A stretch of DNA of 64,000 nucleotides, from positions 214,967-278,966 of the forward strand of contig NIVC01000952.1 in assembly GCA_002269645.1 (NCBI GenBank), given 5' to 3'. This document shows positions 1 to 7,921 of this stretch, piece by piece (the first letter of the stretch is position 1; the number at the start of each line of letters is the position of its first letter). The stretch comes from Macrostomum lignano (lineage: Eukaryota). A program made the translations under genes and the position numbers. The notes under the pieces are model-generated. The model did no database searches, was not told the origin of the DNA, and was given only the letters and a program-made list of their open reading frames with translations.

Positions 1-426
1 ATATTTTTCCTTTCTTTTTTTTAAGATATAATTTAATTGCTAAAAGTATTGATAAGTTCTGATCAATTCAAAACCTGATATTGAGCCAATTGAAATACCT
101 AAAATAATTGAGATAAATTAAGAGTTGGAATAGATTGTAAAATACCTAAAACGATTACACATAACATTGATAAGCTTCAAATCCAATATTGAAAAAGCAT
201 ATTTCTTATATGGTTTGAAACTCTTCTTACTTTTTTAGCATATAAATCATAATCATATTTAATTCGATCAACATTACTTAACATCTGACCTTTACGTTGG
301 TTGAACCGGTCGCGTTCCCATTTATCTGCTTCAGATACCGACATTCTCGTCTATTTTTAATAGCACCAAAATGAATTCCCCGCGCTCTTTGGGGATTTGC
401 CCGAGCTAATAGGTATTGTATTGGAG

Positions 427-654
427 TTATTCTTTCTTTTTTCTCCATTTAAATCCTATTTTCCAAAACTCTTGAAGTATAATATGATTTTTTAATAACT
501 TAATTAATTCTTGAAGCTTCTTATTATCCTGAACATTTACAGTACTAAATAAAAATTTGGTATGAGATTTGAATGTTTTTATATTTGATTCTTGTTTAGG
601 AATAGGAATAATAACATTATTTTGCCGCATCGATGGAGTTCTACTAAAAGCCAT
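427..654 (-). CDS. Small basic hypothetical viral protein (~75 aa, MAFSRTPSMRQ...)
   Basis: ATG at 654 preceded by TATAAA, an A-rich context like the other viral starts. No recognisable domain. Confidence 0.4.
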   Translation of the reverse strand: MAFSRTPSMRQNNVIIPIPKQESNIKTFKSHTKFLFSTVNVQDNKKLQELIKLLKNHIILQEFWKIGFKWRKKKE

Positions 655-737
655 TTTATATAGATAATATATTTTATATTTGAGTAGGAGGTTTTTCCAA
701 ATAAGCAGTAGAGGGAAAAACATAACCAAACGACGTA

Positions 738-1260
738 CTACCACATACAACCTGCACCACGAATAAAATGTGCAGCATCCGCTCCACCAGTTCGAGCACC
801 AAAACCCATAAGGGTTCCAGATTTATCTAAAGTTCCCAAGTTCCACTATCATATGTGAAAACGTTCTGTCCAATGAGGGTAAAAGAATCACCAGCAACAT
901 TGTATGACTGTAATCGGTACCAAACCCTTTGATTTAAAATATTAACTTCAAATAAATGCCAATGCCGTTATCAATATTAGCATAGGCTACAGTTTGATCT
1001 GCATCAGTATTAACATCGCGCGTGATCCGTCTGATTTTTTATTACTCCAAACAACTCCAAACCTATCAGTCCACTCACTAGCAAACACTATCAATCCGGC
1101 GTCGGTTGATAATCCAGTTCCAAATTCCGATGTTGGACGTTGGTGACAGTATGCATAAAACCAAACCGCATCTGCACCATCTCCTGTAGAATTAGCAACT
1201 CGGAAAAAGAAAGACGCAGATATATTTTGAAAATGTGTGAAATTGAATTGTAAAGCACCA
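738..1260 (-). pseudogene. Frameshifted C-terminal continuation of the fibre gene; legume-lectin/ConA-like domain
   Basis: Hand translation across about 3 frameshifts gives ...STGDGADAVWFYAY...NIDNGIWHLFEVNI...MGFGARTGGADAAHFIRG, resembling L-type lectin motifs (GxGADG-like and GFxAxTGG...H). Confidence 0.55.
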
Positions 1261-1261
1261 C

Positions 1262-2713
1262 TTACTCCAGAGTTTCACGAGTAATTCTAGCGCCGTTTTG
1301 ATAATCGATATAAGAAGCATCGCTAATTAAAGAACCGACTGGATATATATCTCCGGCGGTTGTTGGATTTTGATATCCAGACCAATTGCAAATTACTGGT
1401 TCGAACAAGGCCGCATCAATAGCAGGTATTCCATCCAATTTATTTTTATCGCTTCCAGACATTCTACCATTTGATGTTGGAGTAGCTAGCTGATCTACGT
1501 ACGCTCGCGGAACTGCAGAAAGTATTTGAGTTGGCCAATTAAGATCTTGAATTTCAACACGGTGTTCAAATAATTGTATTTGACGAACCTCGATAGGTTG
1601 TGTACCGGTACCACCAGTTGGGAAGAATACGCTATAATATTTCCAAAAATTAGTCGTTAAATTAGATAGAGCAAATGATGTTGCTTGAACTGGTGATCCC
1701 GACGTAGTTAATGTTGTCCATGAATCGGTAGCAACATTTTTTGCGCGAACCGACCACCCCGAGGGTATCTCAATTGTTTCACTGCCTGTAATTCTTAATT
1801 CAAATATTCTTCTATTATAACCTAAAAATTCAAATTGAATTTCCATATTGGTTGTGGTTCCGGTATTTGGTGACCATTGTGTCGCAAGGCTTCCATCTCC
1901 AACTCGAAAAGCTGTGTTGCCATTTTCAGATGCTGTAAGAACAACATCAGGATTTGAAGTATTTGATGTAAGCGGCGTGGTAAAAATATCGGCGTCGGTT
2001 GCATTAGCTCGCTCGTTTACTTGGCCTAGAGTTATCGAGTCTGCGTTCTCTGTTCCAAATAATAAATTTGTTAATTTAAAATTATTCATATTAATATTAC
2101 CACTACGAGTGGCAACTTGATTATCGACATAGTTCTTATCAACCACTGAATCACTAGTTGTAATTGAAACATTTATAATTCGGTTGTTGCTCATATCTAG
2201 GTTTCCGGTTGCGGTGGTTTGAACATAACGTGAATCAGAATCAGTTCGAGAATAAGAATCAGTTACATATCTTTTTAAATTTAATCCATTATCAACTTCG
2301 GTTTTGGTATAAGAATCGGCTACGTTCCGTTTCAAATTTAATGAATTATCAACTTCGGTTTTGGTATAAGAATCGGCTGTATTGCGTTTTAAATTTAATG
2401 AATTATCAACTTCGGTTTTGGTATAGGAATCGGCTGTATTGCGTTTTAAATTTAATGAATTATCAACTTCGGTTTTGGTATAGGAATCGGCTACGTTCCG
2501 TTTCAGATTTAGTGAATCATCTATTTGAGTTTTAGTATAGGAATCTGCAACGTTTCTTTTTAAATTTAGTTTAGTATCAACTTCACTTTTTTTATAACCT
2601 TCATCTTCATTAATATATCGATTATCTCCAAATGTAACACTTATTCCACCAGATGTGCCACCACCACCACTACTTGTTGTTCCGTTCCATGAGGGTGTTC
2701 CAGAAAATAACAT
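1262..2713 (-). CDS. Fibre/spike-like virion protein
   Basis: About six 17-aa repeats (LNLKRNxADSYTKTEVD), trimeric-stalk-like motifs (NLDMSNNRIINV, DKNYVD, DSITLGQV) and a discoidin/F5-8-type-C-like segment (GDGSLATQW...WTTL...EVRQIQLF). Confidence 0.65.
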   Translation of the reverse strand: MLFSGTPSWNGTTSSGGGGTSGGISVTFGDNRYINEDEGYKKSEVDTKLNLKRNVADSYTKTQIDDSLNLKRNVADSYTKTEVDNSLNLKRNTADSYTKTEVDNSLNLKRNTADSYTKTEVDNSLNLKRNVADSYTKTEVDNGLNLKRYVTDSYSRTDSDSRYVQTTATGNLDMSNNRIINVSITTSDSVVDKNYVDNQVATRSGNINMNNFKLTNLLFGTENADSITLGQVNERANATDADIFTTPLTSNTSNPDVVLTASENGNTAFRVGDGSLATQWSPNTGTTTNMEIQFEFLGYNRRIFELRITGSETIEIPSGWSVRAKNVATDSWTTLTTSGSPVQATSFALSNLTTNFWKYYSVFFPTGGTGTQPIEVRQIQLFEHRVEIQDLNWPTQILSAVPRAYVDQLATPTSNGRMSGSDKNKLDGIPAIDAALFEPVICNWSGYQNPTTAGDIYPVGSLISDASYIDYQNGARITRETLE

Positions 2714-2723
2714 TTTTTACTGT

Positions 2724-3191
2724 CTATTTTATAGAGTCTAAAATCGTGCCATCGGCACGCATGCTTTGCATGATACCCCTAAAGTCTTCGGGTCTTTCCT
2801 TCGAGTTATTAATTTTATATAAAAAATACAACGCCGCTTGCCCGCAATAACTTTTGTCAAATGTTTGAAATTGTTCGTGATGATCTCCACATAAACGATT
2901 TTTAGTATGATTAAATTTGTCTTTTATTTCCTGTAACGGAGGAAGCGCGTATGAATCAAAAAAATAAACAAGTTTTGGTTTTGAATAAACTGCTGACCAA
3001 TGAACACCGTTTTCTTTTGTTGTTTCAATATTAACAATGAAAGATCCATATTGTGGTAAGTCTTTGATCTCATCTCGCATAACACATCTGAATGGTTTTA
3101 TTTTTAACTGCCTCGCCCAATTTGTTAATTCGATATTGCTTGTTGTGTCCGTTCCATATCTTTGTTTAAAATCATCCCACGTCATGGTCAT
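2724..3191 (-). CDS. Adenain-like (Ulp1/adenovirus family) cysteine maturation protease
   Basis: Motifs GVHWSAVY (His), YFFDSY (Asp), QFQ (oxyanion Gln) and SYCGQ (Cys) in the expected order; 155 aa; Polinton context. Confidence 0.9.
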   Translation of the reverse strand: MTMTWDDFKQRYGTDTTSNIELTNWARQLKIKPFRCVMRDEIKDLPQYGSFIVNIETTKENGVHWSAVYSKPKLVYFFDSYALPPLQEIKDKFNHTKNRLCGDHHEQFQTFDKSYCGQAALYFLYKINNSKERPEDFRGIMQSMRADGTILDSIK

Positions 3192-3411
3192 TTTATGTTC
3201 CTGAAAAACTCTTGGTTTTAGTTAGTTTCGTAGGTGTGGGTTTTAACAATTCCTTTCTTATTTTATCAGCTTGTAACTGCCTTAATTTTGCTAGTTCTAT
3301 TCGTAATTATCTTCAGCTTTTTTAACTTTTTCTGATTGTTTTTTTATTAAATTATTATTATTATCGTGCTTTGCACGCGAACATGTTGTTCGATTACCCA
3401 TTTTTACAGTA

Positions 3412-4197
3412 CTAAACCTGTTTTATACGTAAAATCACTGTTATTGACTGCCCACCAAAACTTATTAATCTATCGCTTTCATCTACAATCCTAATATAAA
3501 TTGATTGAACATTATATTGATTTAATGGGTAATATATTGGGGTTTGGGGTGCAACAATCATTTTCTCTCCAATTGGAACAGCAAGAAATGGGATTGAATA
3601 AATAATTCCACGTTGAACCAAAACTCCGTTATCGTCTGTTATATAACCACCGTTTGAAATGTCGGTTGTTATATTAATTGTATTTACTCCACCCTCTATA
3701 TTTCCAACTGTATCACCGGTGCTTGATGTGGTAACTATTCGGGAATTAAATCCAAGTATGGTTCTGAGTGAATTTGCAATTGTGAAATCAACCTGATATC
3801 CGGATCCTAGTGATAGTGTGAATCTGCCAGACGGTAAATCAACACCTATAACAATTGCTCCTGCTACCCAATCACCATTAGTTGTTAATTCTCCTTCTAT
3901 ATAAGCATTCAAATCAGTATAGCTATACGCTCCTGGGTTAACGCTAAATGTTGTCCAATTGGCTCCGGAATCTTTAGAATATCTAAATTGATTATTTGTT
4001 GCATTAATTAATTGAGGCATGTTGAAAACCGAAAATAGTATTAAACCTATTTGATAACTTAGGCTTTGATCAAGTTGTAATGGATCGCGCAATTGAATCC
4101 GTTGCTCGCTGGTTGTCATTATAAACTGTAATGTTGTACTAAATTTTGAATTAGTTCGATCTACCAATTGTTTTATAGTATTTAAATTTGTAGTCAT
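3412..4197 (-). CDS. Minor capsid protein (penton, single jelly roll)
   Basis: 261 aa, beta-rich. C-terminus PIYYPLN...IYIRIVDESDRLISFGGQSITVILRIK is typical of Polinton pentons. Lies between the ATPase and protease genes. Confidence 0.82.
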   Translation of the reverse strand: MTTNLNTIKQLVDRTNSKFSTTLQFIMTTSEQRIQLRDPLQLDQSLSYQIGLILFSVFNMPQLINATNNQFRYSKDSGANWTTFSVNPGAYSYTDLNAYIEGELTTNGDWVAGAIVIGVDLPSGRFTLSLGSGYQVDFTIANSLRTILGFNSRIVTTSSTGDTVGNIEGGVNTINITTDISNGGYITDDNGVLVQRGIIYSIPFLAVPIGEKMIVAPQTPIYYPLNQYNVQSIYIRIVDESDRLISFGGQSITVILRIKQV

Positions 4198-4296
4198 TTT
4201 TATAGTGGGAAATTAATTGGACGAAGTCCGCGTTCCGAAGGAACGATCGAACGAAGTTCGCGACCCTATGGGGCGATCGTACCGAAGGTACGCGTG

Positions 4297-5097
4297 CTAT
4301 GCACGATCCTCTTCTTCCTCATTATCTTCTTTTATCAAATTTGTTAAAATTCTATGTTTCCTTTCTAACCTCGGATTGATATAAATATGTTTGTATTGTT
4401 TTTTTTCCCAAATTTTTTTACACATACTTTTAAATGGTTTTGCATCCAACCCGGGATTAAATCTAGCGTGTATATTTTGTAAATCATAGTTATCTAAATC
4501 AAACATTACACAACAACTTGCATTCTTTTTTATAATCGATTCTAATTCTCTAAAGGATTGAGTAAGATAAAAAGCTCCAATTCCATCTCCTCTACCACTA
4601 ACAAAAATTTCCTTTTGCAATTCTTGATCACCGTCATTAATACAATCATCAAAAATAATTAGTGTTTTATCATGTTTTGGAATTTGATCATAGGCTAATC
4701 GGGTTGATACTCTAACAGTTGGGGCTCGATCGGACGAAGTCCGCGACCCTTCGGGGCGATCGGTGATGTTTTCTGGCTGTTGTGCCATTGTTTTACATAA
4801 ATCCTCAATGTCTGCTAGATTAAATCGCGGTTCGTCATCATCCTCATATTGCTCATATGCTCTTAACATTCTAAACAAGACATCTTTTTTTAATTTGTTT
4901 TTTAATCCATGTTTAAGAAATTCATAATATTTTATTCTAGGTTTGTTAGTATAAATTATTAAATTATTATAGTCTAGCATTCCATCGGTTGTTAACAGGT
5001 CATAAACAAAGTGTGTTTTTCCTTTACCTGATCCTCCGATTACTAAACAAAGAAAAGGATCATTTGGAAATATTTTATTGTGTTTTGCCTTTACCAT
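4297..5097 (-). CDS. A32/FtsK-like genome packaging ATPase
   Basis: Walker A GGSGKGKT, Walker B LIIFDD, followed by SGR and LTQS motifs. Confidence 0.92.
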   Translation of the reverse strand: MVKAKHNKIFPNDPFLCLVIGGSGKGKTHFVYDLLTTDGMLDYNNLIIYTNKPRIKYYEFLKHGLKNKLKKDVLFRMLRAYEQYEDDDEPRFNLADIEDLCKTMAQQPENITDRPEGSRTSSDRAPTVRVSTRLAYDQIPKHDKTLIIFDDCINDGDQELQKEIFVSGRGDGIGAFYLTQSFRELESIIKKNASCCVMFDLDNYDLQNIHARFNPGLDAKPFKSMCKKIWEKKQYKHIYINPRLERKHRILTNLIKEDNEEEEDRA

Positions 5098-5145
5098 TTT
5101 TAAAGAAATAATTTAAATAGGCGCGACGGTCGGAGACCTGCGACA

Positions 5146-6618
5146 CTAAAGTGGTGCGTCCCGAACAATCGTGCCATCAGCTTTAGCAATTGACATATAT
5201 TCCTCTAGAAACAATACGTGTGCGTCAAGTGCCTGATTACCGGTTTTATTAATCTCTAACATATAATTAAGTCCAATATTGGCTACGTTTTCTTTCTGTG
5301 CCGTTAGATCATAAACAACCACTGGATGAATGTTTAGAAACTCTGTGGGTGTGTACTGAGGGACGGCATACGCTTCATTTTTAGCATAATCTTGATAATA
5401 TTTTATAAAATCATTAACATTATTATTTGCTATATTTAAATTTAGGGGGTCTTTAACCGGATAATATTGATCATCAACCTGCAGGCGGATATTCTGAACA
5501 TTAAACTCGTTAATAGCTGCAGCCGCATTGTCTGTTGCGGTGGCTGCTTGTTCTGCTATGGCACCGGATTGAAGCCAATATAAATCCCCATTTGCTCTTT
5601 TACTCCTTCTATTTGTTATCTTAAACCAAACAAAAATATATCTCACCCGACGTTTTGATGTCAGTATTTGCCACTGGAATGAATCCTGGTTATTATTAAT
5701 GGTTCGCATAAAATGTCGACGATTCAAATAAAATATTTCCTGATCATGCGTTAACTGATTATCGATGTGTTTTAAAAGTGGGGCTGTTACCTCAATAGTT
5801 GGTACGACTAATTGAATTGAATCTATACGAACTGCTATATCGGTTGAAATTGAGGTTCCATAAAGTATCCTAGGCTGATATCCACCAGATATTTGCAACT
5901 GTATCCCAAATTTTAATCCTTTCCATACCCGATTTGGTGAGAAAAACCCAAATAGTGGAAAGATTGAAAAGTCCTGCTCATATGCTGTTGCTGTTGTTAA
6001 AACCGCGACTGGGAATTTATTCTGACGATCTATAAAACCAGTATTAATATCTTTTGTATTAGTCATAGTGGTTACAACTGGAACTATGTTTGTATTAAGG
6101 TAAACAATTAGCGCTGCAGTATCTGCACCGGCTGCGTTTTGTACATTAGGGAAAACTACTGCTTGACCGTTACCTTTATCCGGCATCCACCCAACATTAT
6201 CACCAACTTGTTTTGATAAATAAGTATAATTTAAATGTTTCAAAACTCCATTAATCTCTGCGGGGTTTGATGATGTCTCAACCTCAGCACCATTAACAGT
6301 TAGTTGAGCTTGGGAAAAACATTTATAAAACCAATCATTTTCTATTATTATTCCGGATCGATCTGCGATATCTCCGGCTGCAAGAGCAGTTCCATCATTT
6401 CTAGTATACAACCATCTAACGCGGAAAAACGCATTTTTCATATCCAATATAGTGTTGGTTGCGCCGATGTCAAAAGTTACCGTTCCAGTAGTAAAGTTAT
6501 TTGAATTATCACTTGTTGGTAGGGTATAATTTAAATCTCTTGCTCTGACCTCATTAATATACTGTCGGTGCTTTTTGAAATGAAATTTATCACTCCACAT
6601 AGTTTTTGTTTCAGCCAT
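5146..6618 (-). CDS. Major capsid protein (double jelly roll)
   Basis: 490-aa beta-strand-rich intact ORF next to the ATPase. Size, position and segments such as FSQAQLTVNGAEVE and RLQVDDQYYP fit a Polinton MCP. Confidence 0.85.
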   Translation of the reverse strand: MAETKTMWSDKFHFKKHRQYINEVRARDLNYTLPTSDNSNNFTTGTVTFDIGATNTILDMKNAFFRVRWLYTRNDGTALAAGDIADRSGIIIENDWFYKCFSQAQLTVNGAEVETSSNPAEINGVLKHLNYTYLSKQVGDNVGWMPDKGNGQAVVFPNVQNAAGADTAALIVYLNTNIVPVVTTMTNTKDINTGFIDRQNKFPVAVLTTATAYEQDFSIFPLFGFFSPNRVWKGLKFGIQLQISGGYQPRILYGTSISTDIAVRIDSIQLVVPTIEVTAPLLKHIDNQLTHDQEIFYLNRRHFMRTINNNQDSFQWQILTSKRRVRYIFVWFKITNRRSKRANGDLYWLQSGAIAEQAATATDNAAAAINEFNVQNIRLQVDDQYYPVKDPLNLNIANNNVNDFIKYYQDYAKNEAYAVPQYTPTEFLNIHPVVVYDLTAQKENVANIGLNYMLEINKTGNQALDAHVLFLEEYMSIAKADGTIVRDAPL

Positions 6619-6652
6619 TTTTTTAAGTTAAAAAAGTTTTTTATGTTAAAAA

Positions 6653-7324
6653 ATGAGTCAATTTATGGACGTTGATGGAGAGTTAGCGATTTATAAAGAG
6701 AAGCAAAGATATTCTGATTTTGTTAGAAATTTACAAAAAAGAAAGTTAGGAATGCAATTAGCTGGCGAAAGATTTGCTGCTCCTTTTGTTAATCCTATTA
6801 CTGGGAAAATTAGTGAACTAGAAAAAACAGATAAAGATCTTCTGGAAAAAATTGCTAAAAATACGGAGCCAAAAGAGGATGAAATTTTGGATGAGCCGCC
6901 TGCTTATGAGGCTGATCAAGCATTATTTAGAGTTGCAGAAATTAGACGTGAAGAGATTAGGGGTGGAGTTGAACAATATCCGAGACCTGCACCAACTAGT
7001 ATTGCTGTGACAGATTTAGGTGGTGGTAATTATCGAATTGGTAACGTAGTTAAAGATCGAAATGAACTATATAGAGAATTGGGCGGAGCATTTAATATTA
7101 TTACGAACCCTAGGGTAAAATTTAACCCCGATTTATATACTAGGGATGAATTAATAAGTGCTAGAATTTTTTATGATGAGTTAGGAGGAGCTGTTAAAAA
7201 TACCAGCTTGTATAAATGGATTGTTAATTCTATAAATAACAAACCAGCTGTTGGTGATGGATTTAAAACACCGCGAAAACTTGTTTTAGCTGCTGCGAAA
7301 GCTGCTGGACATACTGGAGTTTAA
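6653..7324 (+). CDS. Hypothetical viral protein, possible protease-processed core protein
   Basis: Intact 223-aa ORF with an A-rich start context. Contains IRGG|V and LGGG|N, matching the adenain consensus (M/I/L)xGG|x. Confidence 0.6.
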   Translation: MSQFMDVDGELAIYKEKQRYSDFVRNLQKRKLGMQLAGERFAAPFVNPITGKISELEKTDKDLLEKIAKNTEPKEDEILDEPPAYEADQALFRVAEIRREEIRGGVEQYPRPAPTSIAVTDLGGGNYRIGNVVKDRNELYRELGGAFNIITNPRVKFNPDLYTRDELISARIFYDELGGAVKNTSLYKWIVNSINNKPAVGDGFKTPRKLVLAAAKAAGHTGV

Positions 7325-7351
7325 TTAATTGTTAAATTTATTTTTTATAAA

Positions 7352-7921
7352 ATGGATGAAACAAAAATTTGTACTACGTGTAAAATTGAGAAACCGATGA
7401 CTAAAGAATTTTTTTGTTGGAGAAATGACACAAAAAAATTTAAAAATCTTTGTCGATCTTGTGAGAAAGTTAAATGCACTATGTGGAGAATAAACAATAA
7501 AGATAAATGTAATAAATATGCAAAAAATAAATATCGCACTGATGAAAATTTCAAAAATATTAGTCTAATTAGAGCTAAAATAACTTGGGCATTGAGAACT
7601 TTTCATGACAAACATTATATCTCATATCTTGGTTGCACAAAAGAATTCTTTTTTGATTGGTTAAATTTCACAAGAAATTATTATGTTCCAAAAAATTATA
7701 CTGGAAAGTTAGATATTGATCATTTCATTCCCGCTTCTTCATTTAGTTACAAAGACGATGATCAGATTAAAAAGTCTGAAAATTGGAGAAATAAAAGATA
7801 CTTAACTAGCGTAGATAATAACTATAAAAAAGTTAAACAACCAACAATTGAAGAATTTGCGAAACAATTGGTGCTATCATGTATTTTTAAGGCTATTAAA
7901 AATGAACCAAATAGTGTTTGA
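7352..7921 (+). CDS. Free-standing HNH-family endonuclease with N-terminal CxxC...CxxC zinc finger
   Basis: CTTC...CRSC, then YLGCT...LDIDHFIPASSF...ENWRNKRYLTSVDNNYKK, matching the H-I-P...N...N pattern of viral HNH/EndoVII-like nucleases. Confidence 0.75.
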   Translation: MDETKICTTCKIEKPMTKEFFCWRNDTKKFKNLCRSCEKVKCTMWRINNKDKCNKYAKNKYRTDENFKNISLIRAKITWALRTFHDKHYISYLGCTKEFFFDWLNFTRNYYVPKNYTGKLDIDHFIPASSFSYKDDDQIKKSENWRNKRYLTSVDNNYKKVKQPTIEEFAKQLVLSCIFKAIKNEPNSV

